From Octopus vulgaris (lineage: Eukaryota): a stretch of 64,000 nt of DNA. Made by a program: the position numbers and the translations under genes. Shown one piece after another: positions 1 through 14,984 of this stretch (its first letter is position 1; each line of letters begins with the position of its first letter). The stretch is from NCBI GenBank assembly GCA_951406725.2, contig OX597815.1:38874001-38938000 (forward strand), read 5' to 3'. A model generated the notes under the pieces. It was not told the DNA's origin, did not search any database, and saw nothing but the letters and a program-made list of their open reading frames with translations.

Positions 1-1296
1 ACGAAATCTATGTATGTTTTGGTTGGTGTATCTGATAAACGAAATAAAATAGGAGTAAGCAAAGATAATTCCGTACAGCAAGCTGGTTACATCGAGTAAA
101 ATATTACATAATTTTTATCCAGAAAGCATTCAATATTCTATATAAATCATAGGAGTAAAGACAAAGGAGTAAAGAGAGACTCTTTTATCTACCCAGCTTG
201 GAGTGTTCAGTAACATTACATACTGTTCATCGGAAATTTTCACTCACACTCTTGAAGATTGTATTGGCAGAGAATGGGAATGATATCTTTTATTCGGCAG
301 AACCATATATCCACGGCCCCCTTTCAAGCAAAAGCCAAAAGATGTTTATAATCAAAAATAGAAACGAGCATCTTTGTAATGTTAATAAGAGGGAAATGTT
401 AAATCTCATTCAGAATAAAGAATTAAAGTTCGAATAGTTTGTCACAATTTCTGTGAAGTTAGTGAAATTTAGATGTTTATGGAAAGTATTTCACCAGTTG
501 ATGGACATAGATAATTAAACGTCCTTATTCAAATCAGGTCCAAATAATGTAATGGTAGACGAAGATTCACCACTCGAAGAATGTTGGCGACAAATTTACC
601 TGGTCAAACACAACTTCACGTTAATTGGCAATGAAAATCACCTCCAACGCAACTATCACAAAGCACGTAAGCTTCTGTTGTAATGATTGAAGAAACGTCT
701 GTCACATAGGTAATATCTATTTGGTTGAAGAAATTTGCTTTATAATTTGTTGGTTCTGGGCTATATTCCGCTGTTTGTCATCATTTTCTTCGACTATAGG
801 CTTGATTTTCCCGATTTTTGTGGTTAGGACTCAGCGAACGAGAATTACACTAGACCACAAAAATATACACATGCATATATGTGTGTGGAATGGTGAATGT
901 ATCTTCGTATGTATGTGTGCATATGTGTATGTATGTGTTTAAAAAAACCAAGCAGCTTTTCTTTCAAAAACGGTATATCAAAGACACTCATGTTTTCGTC
1001 TTTGATCATTATATTAAAGGTTACTTCTTTTCTAGTCATTCCTTTACTTTGAAACAATAGCGTTCCTAAATCTATGAGAACATTAATGATTAAGGATAAG
1101 CTGCAATCCAATCTCTAAACAGAAGTAATTCTAATAATGGTGTATTCGTGTATTTAGGAGTAGGTTAAAATGATCATGAAAATATTATAAGTGATAAATT
1201 CATCACTGTCAGATGTATCCATGTGCAAGCACACATACGCAGGTATATACAAGCGCACACACATACACGTATATACATATATATATACATATATAC

Positions 1297-1368
<72 letters not shown>

Positions 1369-1970
1369 ACACATTCAGTAGTATGATATAGGCGTTGAAA
1401 GAAGGAGGAATAAGCAATCCCCAGATAACATGAAGCATTACTGCTAAAATCAGAAAACATATTAACGAACAAGCAATATCTTACACTTCGGCATTTCAAA
1501 TAAGGACCACCACCCACTCTGCCGATCCTATCTGGATAAGTTTTTTCTCTGAACGTGAACATTAAATATATACAACATACGAACTCCATACATAGAGGTC
1601 ACATCCCACATGATGAACGCCCTCAACCCAGAAACATGCGAACATTACACATACCCAGGCTATAACATTATATAAACAACCAACCATTCGGCACACGCTT
1701 TTCCAATAGTCAAACCCAAGGGAGATAATCATCCAAAGCCGCCCCCTTTGATTTTTTGTCTTGCTTGCCAAACATTTTCGTATATATATCATGAATTCCA
1801 TGGAATGTTCGAGTTTTCATCCAAAACGGATACGAACACTATCGCTCCATGTGATCGGCTAGAAAAATTATTAAGACATTTCTTTAACATGAAACTAATG
1901 GTAACTTTAGTACACAAATTAAGAAATTTTATGCAGTACTGAGCATCCATTTTCTTTGTTCGACATTTAC

Positions 1971-2395
<425 letters not shown>

Positions 2396-3051
2396 GCTTA
2401 ACCCCAGATTAGCTCTGATCGGACAGATCTATTATTAATGCGTTTCTGTCATACCTATCCTATCCTATTTTCAGAGAATTTATCCGAGACAACATTATCT
2501 TGTGTGTCATTTATTTTATCTTAAAGATGGTAACAAGAGAGTAGAAGGCAATTTGGTTGCTATTTCTAGCAGACTGAGCAACAGCTTTGAGGTTTCTTCG
2601 TCGACTGGTGAACACAGCCTATAATCACAATATGAAACGCATGTCGATTAGCTTTCATAAATGTCATTGATTTCCAATATTAAAATATTGATTTGCAGTA
2701 TTTCATAAATATCATATTAACGCGTAACAAAATTTGTCAGCACTTGTGATATCTTTCATATTTACACCGCATCAACGTCATAGCAACACTGTTCGACATT
2801 TAATGGTTCCTCTACATAATAAAAATACATTGTAAAAACAAAATAACCACCAAATTGTTACCAGAGCCCTCAATGTAATTTCTCAGCCAATAGGAATGAT
2901 TGCTAAGTTCTCAATGTCAAGTTAAGTTGAAGAAAAACTAATTACGTATGGATTTGTTTGTGAAAATCTATTTTAGAGTTTTAGTTTAAACTTGAAACAT
3001 GATTGAAATACACAGTTTCTCAAATACGTACTTTATATATATATATATATA

Positions 3052-3440
3052 TGAGCAAACGCCCCTCATCCAATGGACGGTGCTGAGTTATCAAACATTT
3101 AAACCAAATTTTCTCAAAACATATTGTACTACCGTCCCATAGGTCTTCCCTTTGAGAAACACTGATTTAACCTAAATTTGAGACACCATGCATTTTTCTC
3201 GCGTACACGTAGTATCGATCGCAACAGCTGATGTACTTGCGCGTACAAATGCACGTTCCCACGGCTTTATCGATCGCATTCTCACCTGGAATCGATTTTT
3301 GTAATTTTTTCAGGACTTATACACGCCCTGATACCGTCAGTATCTACATATCAAATTTGGGCGCAATCGGATGGAGGATGCCCGAGATTCTAGAAGACAC
3401 ACACACAAACAGACAGACAGAACGGATTTTATATAATAGA
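3052..3440 (-). mobile_element. Non-autonomous Helitron-like element
   Basis: Minus strand starts A|TCTATTATATAAAATCCGTTCTGTCTGTCTG, has a CCGATT..CCAAATTTG motif and a subterminal GTCCA-T-TGGAT palindrome. It ends CTCA|T (non-canonical for CTRR) next to (TA)n. Confidence 0.6.
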
Positions 3441-3477
3441 TACATAAGTATATATAAGTACATGTATAAGTATATAT

Positions 3478-3772
3478 AAAGCCTTGTGAGTGGATTTGGT
3501 AGACGGAAACTGAAAGAAGCCCGTCGTATAAGTGTATATATATATATATATATGTATATGCGTGCATATGTTTGTGTGTCTGTGTTTGTCCCCCCAACAT
3601 CGCTTGACAACCGATAGTAGTGTCTTTACGTCCCCGTAACTTAGCGTTTCGGCAAAAGAGCCCCATAGAATAAGTACGAGGCTTCCAAAGATTAAGTCCT
3701 GGGGTCGATTAGGTCGACTAAAAGCGGTGCTCCAGCATGGCTGCAGTCAAATGACTGAAGCAAGTAAAAGAG
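3478..3772 (+). mobile_element. SINE family A (tRNA-derived, internal microsatellite), 5'-truncated
   Basis: AAAGCCTTGTGAGTGGATTTGGTAGACGGAAACTGAAAGAAGCCCGTCG-(TA)n-...CGTAACTTAGCG...GGGGTCGATT...GCAGTCAAATGACTGAA, matching the copies at 14395, 49134 and 52660. Confidence 0.9.
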
Positions 3773-6261
3773 ATATGTATATATATATATATGTGTGTGT
3801 GTGTGTGCGCGCGCGTGTATATATATATATATATATATAATACATGTCTCTCAAATTCAGCTGTATGTTGCGATTTTTAAAAAAACTATTTGGTTTATCA
3901 TTAATGGTTTTATTCATAAAACTAATGAATCTGCGTTCGTTGAAATATGCAAATTAATTCGTTTCAATATGAATTCCGTTTAAATTACGATACGTGAAAA
4001 TTAGAGTTAGAAATATTCGAAAGAAAATTGGAGATAAAATGATTTATTTATTAAAGAAATAATAGAAATAAATTGTATCTAGAATGACGAAGTTGAATTG
4101 GCTTAAAATCGCAGATTAAATGTCTATTACATTTTCATTGATACAGAAAAGGAAATAGAATATAATAGTTAAATTTATTATGTAAATATCATCAGAGCGT
4201 TTGGCAAAAAATTAAAGTGAAGTTATAAAGTATTCTGTTCTTATGTTACAGTAACGGGTGGTTAGAGTAAAGAAGTGAAGTCATTTCATGGAAAAATGAA
4301 TAAACGATTTATGTCAGTTGAAATAATCCGGAAAAAAACAAATTTAATTAAAGCGAACGGTTTTAGCTGAAAGTGAATATTTTAAACAAATTATATGGAA
4401 GTTATACGTATATAGTTTAAAGTAAACAATTTTAAATAACGCTAAAATAGATGTAGTCTTAAAAAGATAAAGTTTGCATATGCCAGTAATATATTTACAT
4501 ATGAATTTAACCAAATATAGATATTAAAAGGATTTTGAATATCTTTACCCCTAAAATAGTATTACATTTAATAACCAAACCGTCGTTATACTCTTAGCTC
4601 TACAGAGAATGTATACTGGCTATAGGCAATTTGCTTTCCCACGAAATTATGCAAGAAATATATTAAAACTGGAATTTACAGTTTAGATGATTCGATTTCA
4701 TATTTTTCAGTTATCTTGCTACATATGTTTTAATTTCTAGTCTTAGAATTGTACTTTACTGTTCTTATGCCTTACATTTTCATAGCTGAACAGTGATTTT
4801 CTAGAACGTAGGAGTATGTGTCAAATTAAATTACACTCTCTCAAGATAATACTACATTTTAAACAAAAGAACAGGAAGCCTCATGCATTGAGTATTCATC
4901 TGAAATTTCAAACAGTTTTTCTTGCATTGTTTTAATGAAAATATACTTCTTTTTTTTTTTTAAGTAGTGATTCACGTATTTAAATCACGTATTTAGTGTC
5001 TTTGAATAAAAACTTTCCAAATTGGTATATTCATTTTAAAATCTTTGTTTTACCAAACATTACCACTGGCTTCAGAAGGAAAGGGACAGCACTTAGATGA
5101 TGTTCATTAAATTAACAAATGCTTGGAGATACGCTAATTGAATTCAACATCAAACTTTTCTGTTACTGTTGAATTATTTATTTTGCTAGCTGTAGCTATT
5201 TCTTTTTAAATCTTCTTATACTTGACTTAAATCCACAGTATGTTTTGCTTTGGTAAATCAATATTTTAAATATTAATGTTATTCAAAGAAAATTTTTAAA
5301 AACTCTTGTGCGGATAGATAAACTGGCTTTTGCATTCAAAAGATTGAAAGCAAGATTTCTTTCCTAAATTTACACAAAACTCCAACCTCAAGTTATATCT
5401 CTTATAAAACAATTACTAGCGATGATGAAAAGAAATGATAAGGTTGTTTACAATTATATGCTTGTCATCATTACTACAAATCTAAAAACTGTTTTCTAAA
5501 TCAACGTACGTCATAGTTTAGGTGAGATGTTTATAAATATCAATTTATATAGTAAATCTGATTAGATGTTTAGAAATAACACAAGATTTCGAGAGCTTTG
5601 ATTACGCCTTACTTCTTGAAATTAATCTGATTCATTTATATCACTCTTTAACTATGTACAATTTCTTACAATACATTTGTCATATATAAATAAATGACAT
5701 TTTGTACCTTGACTTCTTTCCTGTCTATTTTAGGTTCAACTTTACATAATAGTATGTTATGCATTTGTTTTTGTTTTTATTTCTACAAAAATTGATATTT
5801 ATAATTTCCAGAAGTCCATAACTGTTATCGACTGGTAATTCATTTGCTTGTCTCCTTCATTGTAAGAATTGTTTATTCCCCCTTGACGTTTAATAGTTTA
5901 ATAAATTTTCACTTGTAGCTGTTCATTTAAGCACTGGTGTTAAAAATTACTATATATTGAAATAATACATATATACTAATGCGCTATACGATTCAGTGGC
6001 CTTTTAGTAATAACGCTTCTGACTAACACCTTATCTAGGTTACAAGCCAATATGGTCACACCTGTGACAAATAGTAGTAAAATCTCTATCAAATTACACT
6101 GCATGGTTAAAGAAAGAGACATTACCTGAACAATGTAGCATACAGTTCCTGAACAAAGCATGAGGCCACGTTGTTTATAAGAACTACTCTATCGAGGTTG
6201 ACCTGGGTCTGAAAAACAACACCAACACGATAAAAACCAATAGGTAGTCACTCAAACTGCT

Positions 6262-6515
6262 GGATGCGGAGGTGCGTTGTTTAATGGTTAGGGTGTTGCA
6301 CACATGATCGTAAGATTGTAGTTTCAATTCCTGAACAAGTGATGCGTTGTGTTCTTGAGCAAAAATATTTACTTTTACTTTGCTCCAAGCCACGAAGCTG
6401 ATACAAATGAGTAATGCGGGACGGACCGGCGTCGCGTCAAAAGGGAGATAGGGGGAATAAATACGCTACAGAATCCAGAAAACCGGCCTTATGAACTTAT
6501 GGCTCAGGAAGAATA
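6262..6515 (+). mobile_element. tRNA-derived SINE with MetaSINE-like body, decayed
   Basis: Head with A-box-like TAATGGTTAGGG and B-box-like GTTTCAATTCC, then GTTGTGTTCTTGAGCAA and ATGAGTA...GACGGACCGGCGTC...CTACAGAATCCAGAAAACCGGCC. Confidence 0.55.
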
Positions 6516-8850
6516 TTTCGTTCTTTGACCCTTCGATCTTCTAACCCCTTCGAAAAAAAGACCCACCGGGGAAAAGAGACATTAGATAATGTAGTCCTTT
6601 ATCACTATTACTTCTACTAGACTGATTTTGATTGTGTTTATCAACAAAAATATCTTAGCCAGAATACCAGCATTGAGTTGAACATTTACTTATACTGGAT
6701 ACCTATCCATCTAATCTAAGCTGAGGAGATTATCCATAACTGAGTTTTACACTCTTAAACAGGCAGTATGGTCATTGCTTTAATGTTTTTGACAATAGAT
6801 CTATTCAATCAGGAAGGATTTGGAATTAAACAATTACAACGACGACCAGGTATCTCATAATCAAGGCATCGCTTTGACCTTACTGAAACACTAAATATAA
6901 TATTAAACACTCGATGTAATTATAAATAAATACCAAGGTATTTAGTAGTTTACTCAGAGTATCTACTCACTTTTGGTAATTTTTCTTAACAACCTGCTTG
7001 CTATCTTCAATATACCTTTTGTTGTTGAATTTTATATCTGTTCCTATGAGATAGATTTTTTACTCAGTATCACTAGCACATTTTCTTTCATTTCAAAATA
7101 AATAGGGAAGTTTTAGATTCCTCATAGTTATTTCGTGTCTGATCCAATTCTTTTCAATCGTGACTCGTTCTTACTGTGCGTGTTGTCAACATGCTTTCTC
7201 GCTTTTGGAGTAATTAGATTTCGAAACTAATGATTAACCTTTTAGTGCTGCCTCTCAACTACTAATGAATGCTGCTTGTGATTATACCTCTACATTATAG
7301 CAAGGCAATATCCTCTGAAGAAAATACTTCTGCTCCCAACAGTTATATGGTCCGGTAATCCTGCTACACGCACGAACATTCTAAGTCGCAACCCCCCCAA
7401 AATGTCACACGGTAGATTGACACAATCACTCAACGATATTCTTTCACCTCTAACCTTCCGATCTGTTGTCTTCTCACTCTGACTTTGCGATCACAATGGC
7501 CTCTGCTCCTCACATCTGGCGGATATTATGCCTCCTCACTCAACCAACCTGACTCATTCGCCTCTCTCTTCTTATCACCAATATTATATCTTTTCCACCC
7601 AACATCCTACTCTAATTTATCCCATCTTCCCTGCCCAAAACTTTATCCCTCTGAAATTCCCTCCCTGTCTATGTTTTCCAAGGATTGATGACCTACAAAT
7701 ATTAAAAAACATGAGTTGTATTGTTCTCGCCTATCTCAGAGAGCATGTGATGTTATTGGCAACAACTCCTTCCTACGAATCAAACTATTAAAAGAAACTG
7801 CGTGTTGAATATGACTTTAAAATATTACTATCTTTAGATTTGCGGGTTATTGTTTCTCTCGTTTACGCCTCCGCTGTATAACGGGTAATTCCTATCACTT
7901 GCTATACCTTTATATTTAAACGGAAAATAATTAACCCTTTAGTTTCATTTTTCCTCTACAAAGTCTAAGGCAACATTGTCCAGAATATAACAAAACAAAA
8001 TTAAAAAACGTCTCTGATTGCAGATGAACGTTAAGATCAATAATTCGTTGTGTTCCATAGACATTCTTCTATACGTTAAGTGGTTTCAGTCGTTGAACTG
8101 CAGCTATGCTAAGGCACAGTCTTCAGAGGTTTTGATCAATTCATCATCCCTAGTATTTTGTCTGATGTTTATTTTATCTACCATTGAAAGAGATAAGTCA
8201 AACTTGATTTGGGTAAGATTTGAACGCGGAAATTAAAGTTACATAAATTAATATCAAACACCTATGTTTTAAGCGAATAGCCAGCGATTCTTTATGCATC
8301 TCTTTCTAAGTTACTTTTCCAGATTATAGTAATTACCAGTTTTTTTTTTATTTCTATGTCGACACAACATCGTAATGAAATCCTCATTTTCTATTTGAAG
8401 TTTGTGAGTTGATTTTGTATTTATGCCCACGTCATGTGAGCATGCTTTTACTCTTGTTATGCTTCGCTTTCTCCCTGTAGAATATCAACGAAGCTCGGAG
8501 GACAAGATGACCTGGGAACTGCTTGAGGCATGAAGCGAAAAGTGCCATGATGATTTTCACCAATTGGCAAAGTTAGTAAATAAATAAAACACAATAGCCA
8601 AAAGCAATGTTTTGCACTCTCCCTCACTCTCTCACTATCTCTTACTGTCTCCCTCTCATCGTTCTCTACCTCTCTCTCTACCCTCTCTTTCTCTCTCCCG
8701 CTTCTCTTTCTCTCTTCTTTCCTTCTCTACTTATGACTAATCAGAGAAATGCAAACACATTTACGCTACAATCTTTCATTCACTCCTTGATGAATAACTA
8801 AAAGAGCAAACCTTACACAACAAAGATGCACAACAAACTATCAATGAATT

Positions 8851-8903
<53 letters not shown>

Positions 8904-8914
8904 TAATAATAATA

Positions 8915-9479
8915 AATGCCCTGATGCAGTACCAGGCAGTGGCTCTAATGGCTTCTGAATTTAACTGATTGGAAGTGTTATCATGTACATTGTTTTGTCT
9001 TGGTAAAAAAGATGGGCTACAGTAAATATTCTGCTCAATACCACAGATTTGCTTGTCAGTTGTTTGACCGTAACCAGTTGACCATGTCCCTTTGTGGCTG
9101 ACGATGTGTGCATCTCTGATCATGAGCAGAAATAGTGGGAGAGCATCATAGCCGTGTGTTGAAGGGAATTCTTAGAGGTTTGGATAATTCACCTTTGGAA
9201 ACATGGGTGTTTCGTTCAACATCCTTAAACAAACCTTATTCGGGGACCTTTTGAGCGGGATGGGCTACTCAATCTGAAGAAAATTGTAACTAGGCCCCAC
9301 CTGCAAGGTCATGTGCTGTTTATTTTGATATGAGATCACCATGTCGTGCACATATGGTTGTGATGCATGTGCCTGGTGTACCCTTATCAGACGGGTAGTC
9401 ATGATGGGTGTGCTGGGCTTCGTATATTTTACCCCAGTGTCACTTTGATGGCATGCACTGCTCTCTCACTCACACACTC

Positions 9480-9480
<1 letters not shown>
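8915..9480 (+). mobile_element. About 565-bp non-coding interspersed element bounded on both sides by (AAT)n arrays (probable retroelement 3' part)
   Basis: Higher-complexity block with sharp borders between (AAT)n at 8852-8914 and 9480-9630; no ORF recognised. Confidence 0.55.
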
Positions 9481-9550
<70 letters not shown>

Positions 9551-9558
9551 TGGTGATG

Positions 9559-9625
<67 letters not shown>

Positions 9626-9639
9626 CAATAATTGTAGTT

Positions 9640-11150
9640 GCCATAAATTGATCGCAGAGCAATTTAATGCATTGGTCAATGGAGAACAAATCCCGGGCTG
9701 GTTGACAAACGGACGGACGGTTTTGTGCCTGAAGGATGCATCAAGGGGAAATGCTGCTGACAATTTCAGACCAACTTCCTGCTTCTCATCAATGTGGAAG
9801 TTCCTGTCAGGAAGAATTGCAGAAGAACTGTATAAGTTTCTTGATAAGAACGATATCTTATCGACGGATCAAAAAGGCTGTAGACGTAGATGCAGAGGTA
9901 CCAAAGATCAACTATTGATAGACAAAATGGTAATGCAAGAGTGTAAACGAAGGAGAACAAATCGGGGAATAGCCTGACAAAGCTTATGATATGATTCACC
10001 ATTCGTGGATCATCGAATGCTTAGATCAGTTTGGAGTTACGAGGAATGTAACGTGTTTCCTGAAGAGAAGTATGGTGGGATGGAAAACTGAACTGACATC
10101 TTACGGAAAAAGCTTGGGCACTCTGGGTATCAGAAAAGGGATTTTCTAGGGCGATAGCCTATCTCCGTTGTTTTTGTCCTCTGCGTGATACTCCTGACCT
10201 TGGTACTTAGGAAAATGAACCTGGGGTGCCAGCTAAAGGGAAAATCTCAAACAATCAACCACTTCCTCTTCATGGATGATTTGAAATTATATGGCAAAGA
10301 TGAGACACAAGTGAGTTCCTTGATGATCACGATTCACTGTTTTAGTACTAATATTAGAATGAAACTTGGACTTAAGAAATGCGGAATAATCTACCTAAAA
10401 AGAGGCAAGGTACAGTCCCTAGCAAGGATAGAATTACCGAACAGAGACTTGATTAAACAAATTGAAACGGAAGAATACAAATACTTTGAGGTGCTAGAGT
10501 TCAACGAGATAATGGAAAAGGAAATGAAAGAGCAACTGAAGATGGAGCATTTCCGAAAACTGAGGTTGGTGCTGCGCTCAAAATTGACTGGATAGAATAA
10601 AATTCAAACAGCTAATACGTGGGTGATAGCATCTCGTCGGTATGGAGCGGGAATCATAAATTGGCAAAAGAGAGAAGTGAAGAAAATTAATACGAAGACC
10701 AGAAAAATGTTTACGGTACACGGAACCTTCCACCCTATGAGTGACACCGATAGGCTGTACTTGTCCAGAAGAAAGGGTGGGGGAGGTTTAATCAGTTGCC
10801 AGCACTGTATCGAAGCAGAGAAAAACAGCCTAGTGTAGTATATAAAAAATGCCGTGCAGCCATTGTTGAAACACATGAAGAAGGCCGGCGTCATCAAAAC
10901 TGAAAATTGTGTAACTAAAGGTTTAAACAAGAAATGAACAAAACAAAAGAAAGAGCATGGAAGTTAAAGAAAATGTACCGTCAGTTTGCAAGAGATGTGA
11001 ACGCCAAGAGGACCGGCGGCTAAGGATGAGGAGGAATGGCCTGGAGATAGAGACAGAAGCACACAAATGCGTAGCTCATGAACAAGCGTTAAGGACCAAC
11101 TACATGATATGCAAAATAGACAACGCTACCGATAGCGACAAATGTAGTAT
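9640..11150 (+). mobile_element. R4/Dong-type RLE non-LTR retrotransposon, 5'-truncated, decayed RT
   Basis: Translations [87 protein letters not shown]; begins at an (AAT)n array; stops and frameshifts present. Confidence 0.93.
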
Positions 11151-11790
11151 CCTAATATCAAGCTACAAAGAGTAACCTAAAATGCCAAGAACCTTACTAA
11201 GTATCCAGGGTGTCCCTAATAACATTGACTTCTGGAGCTGCGTTATACTAAGATTTATTCTTGCTTCCTCTATTCATCTGTTCAAATTTGCAGGAATGGT
11301 TCCTTATGCACCTATACTACTAGGATACATTTTATCCGCAACTTTCCATAGCCTCTGTTATTCAACGGCTGATCCTGGTGCTTCGCTATTTTCTCTATAC
11401 TTCTCATATTGACTTTCTCATCAATTGAGAATGTAAAGTCAGTTACCTCGCACTTTCTAATCTCTTTGTCAACTACTACTAAATCAGGCCTTGTAGCTTC
11501 TATCACTCTGTCAGTCGGAATGTTAAAATACCACAACACCTATTCCTTACTTTCTAGCATTTTACTAGGTCCATGTTTGATCAAATCCTAACTTACTGCA
11601 TAACTTTCAGTAGATTATTTCCCCCGTGTTACCACATCCTTTCTCGTATTCGTTCTGTGCCAACATTCATTAACTATATGAGTTATACTTTCTTCCTTTG
11701 ATTTACATATCCTACACAGGAAATCTACCTGTTTTTTTTTGTTTTGTTTTTTGTCATCTTAGCTTTTTATCCAGTTAAGTTATACATTGA
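11150..11790 (-). mobile_element. R4/Dong-type RLE retrotransposon 3' fragment (CCHC + RLE)
   Basis: CRICKSKEESITHIVNEC and LWYFNIPTDRVIEATRPDLVVVDKEIRKC...EKIAKHQD; similar to 25720-26050. Confidence 0.88.
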
Positions 11791-11889
11791 AACTATCAAC
11801 AAATTTATATTGATTAAAGAAACATAGAATAAACGAAAACGATGATGTAAAATCACAATTAAGTCACGATTAAATTGAAGCCATCCATC

Positions 11890-11952
<63 letters not shown>

Positions 11953-11956
11953 ATAT

Positions 11957-12215
11957 AATTAAATTACAGCATCTTGAAATTACATATAATAGAAATATCA
12001 AAATTAAAATAACAATAAAATGTCAATGATTAAGTAAATTGCAAAAAAATAATAAAAGCGTATATAATTGTGCCAAAAAATAATAAAAACGTATATAATT
12101 ACTAATTATATACGCTTTTATTATTTTTTTGCAATTTACTTAATCATTGACATTTTATTGTTATTTTAATTTTAATATTTCTATTATATGTAATTTTCTA
12201 GATGGTGTAATTTAA
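11957..12215. repeat. Near-perfect inverted repeat, about 110-bp arms, adjacent to (TA)n
   Basis: AATTACATATAATAGAAATATCAAAATTAAAATAACAATAAAATGTCAATGATTAAGTAAATTGCAAAAAAATAATAAAAGCGTATATAATT recurs as its reverse complement at about 12104-12200. Confidence 0.92.
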
Positions 12216-12271
12216 CTGTTCATTTTGAATTGATAAAAGGTGTTTTTTTCTAATTTTTCATATATATATTA

Positions 12272-12784
12272 CTAGCAGTATCGCCCGGCGTTGCTCGGGT
12301 TTGTAAGGGAAATAACTATATAAGCATTTTTAGAGAGTTACTTCCCTTATAGATGCCAATTCGGGCTTTCTTAGCCATTTCTGTTTTGGTGTCTTCAAGC
12401 CATGAAGTCGTTGTTCTAAGAGAACGCTGGTCTCCTTGACAACGCTTTACGACGTTGATTTCCTTACACTCCCTTCCCCACAGCTTCACGAGGGAGGGAA
12501 GAAGGGGGAGAAGCAAACAGGTGCAGGTGTGACCATGGACGCCAACTCCGCCGCCATCGACACACGAAAAATTATGCATTAAAATGGAATAAAAAATTAT
12601 GTTAAATTATTTTTAAAATCGTAGACTCATCGTAGACGCGCGCTAATACTCAGACGGGCTCGATATGAATCACGACTATAAGATACCCGAATTTGGTTAA
12701 ACTGCACCGCAAAATTTGGGAGTAGTTAGGAATCTAAATCGAAGGGGACAGACACTCACACAACTACAGTTTTATATATATAGA
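12272..12784 (-). mobile_element. Non-autonomous Helitron
   Basis: Minus strand A|TCTATATATATAAAAC...CCCGAGCAACGCCGGGCGATACTG-CTAG|T: 5' TC, 3' CTAG, subterminal hairpin CCCG..CGGG, A|T target, no TSD. Confidence 0.85.
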
Positions 12785-12864
12785 TATTGTGTGAAATGTG
12801 ATTTAGTATTTCTAAATTGAATTTTTTTCCTTGTACGCTTGGATTTTATTCCCTCAAATAATAA

Positions 12865-12956
<92 letters not shown>

Positions 12957-13444
12957 GTATGTATATGTATATATATATATATATGCATATGTGTTTGTGT
13001 GAATTAGTTCAGATTACGTCGATCGCGGTTATTAGTTTCATATCTTCCAGTATGTAATTGGCCTGCGGTTTACAGTGTAGGATCATTTATAACTAACTTA
13101 ATTAATCAATTAATAATATTCTCATTTTATCATTCCATCACGAGATTATGAACGATTATTTGATATCTGATACTCCACAGCTCTACTCTCAATAGAAACA
13201 TTAGTTACGTATGTCATGCAATTAAGAAATATAATAGAGCAGATAAAAGGACAATAGCCGTTCACTCCGCGCTAAATATGTTTCACTAGTAAGGTCATTT
13301 ATTCATAATTCGTGCTTTACATAATACAAAAGACCAGCCATTTCGTCGGGACACATCTGGCTGCAGACTAATAATTGACTGCCTACACTCACCCTCACCC
13401 ATACAAGTGCGTGAGTGTGTGTATACATGTATATGCTCATGCAA

Positions 13445-13480
<36 letters not shown>

Positions 13481-13580
13481 CATATATATATTTGTAATAA
13501 TTTTATGCATATATAAATATATATATGCACACACACACACACATATATATATATATGTGTGTGTGTGTGTGTATACATAC

Positions 13581-13671
<91 letters not shown>

Positions 13672-14394
13672 AAAATATGCATATACATTTAACTTTTTCG
13701 TTTTTTGTTGTTATAAGAGATAATGATTCTCTTTTTTTACTTGCCTTAATTCAGCAGGAGAATTTTTTTTATAAAATCTTTGTAAATTGGTTAGAGGATA
13801 CCGAATTCTGTTACATAGCATTAATTCTTCGCAAGGTTTGGAATGAAGCTTAAGTTTCTATATGTGTGGCATCAATATGAATTATTGTGATACAAACGTC
13901 GTAAAATTGACGTGTCATGGAGTTATTTACACTCTTTGTCTCTAACAGATTGAAGGGAAGGATTTAAGTATCTGTCCAGAGTCATTGCTGATTCTCTAAT
14001 TTAATGTTGCTGAAGAAATAGCATTCAATTTCATTAAGTTTAACAAAATGCCAATTAGGTCATTGCTTAAGGTAGATGATGCATTATAGAAAGCCTACAG
14101 GGCTTAGAGACAAGTGTAAACCGTCAAGAACATTCTCATACATGGCAAACCGCCAACCAGGGATTAAACAGCAGAATATTTACTTTAATGGTTTTAATAA
14201 TCGATATGTAAATGCTTAATAATGATGTAAGTAAAATTAATAAAATTGGCGTAAGTTCAGTAGATAGTTGCAACGTCTGAATGTCTGGCTGTGGCAACAG
14301 TTGGTGTGAGTAAACTTGAAAGTGGACATTGATAAATTATACCGTATGTATTTAACTATGAGAGACCCCAAAATGTTATGGGATTACTCCACAA

Positions 14395-14549
14395 AGACGC
14401 AAGCGTGGCTGGGTGGTAAGAAGCTTGCTTCCCAACCACATGGTTCCGACTCAGTCTCACTGTGAGGCACCCCGGGCAAGTGTCTTCTACTATAGCCTCG
14501 GGTCGACTAAAACCTTGTGTAGATATGACAGGTTGAAACTGAAAAGAAG

Positions 14550-14615
<66 letters not shown>

Positions 14616-14701
14616 CATATATATATATATGCATATATATATATATATATGTATATATGTATATATATACAAGCATGCATGTATGTATACATATGTATAT
14701 G

Positions 14702-14742
<41 letters not shown>

Positions 14743-14965
14743 GAGTGTATATATCTATGTATGCATGTCTGTATCTATGTTTGGCCCTCACCATCGCTTG
14801 ACAACACGTGTTGGTGTTTACTTCCCCGTAATCTAGCGGTTCGGCAAGAGACCGATAGAATAATTACTAGGCTTAGAAAAATAAATCCTGGGATCGATTT
14901 GTCCAACTAAAATACTTCAAAGCGGTGTCTCAACATGGCTACAGTCTAATGACTGAAAAGCTAAA
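14395..14965 (+). mobile_element. SINE family A, full length, with expanded internal (TA)n
   Basis: tRNA-like head GTGGCTGGGTGGTAAGAAGCTTGC...CACATGGTTCCG; body matches the copies at 3478, 49134 and 52660. Confidence 0.9.
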
Positions 14966-14984
14966 ATATGAAAAGATAAAGTAA

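Noticed and set aside
721-942. ICFIICWFW resembling a GPCR TM6 motif
   Set aside because: Short, TTG start, stops just upstream in frame, runs into a microsatellite, and no other TM motifs or clear splice sites.
9640-11790. Apparent twin-priming inversion of a single Dong element (plus RT followed by minus RLE)
   Set aside because: The geometry is tail-inward rather than that of twin priming, the two parts overlap in the pre-CCHC region, and the minus part resembles the 22620-26220 subfamily. Two separate insertions are more likely.
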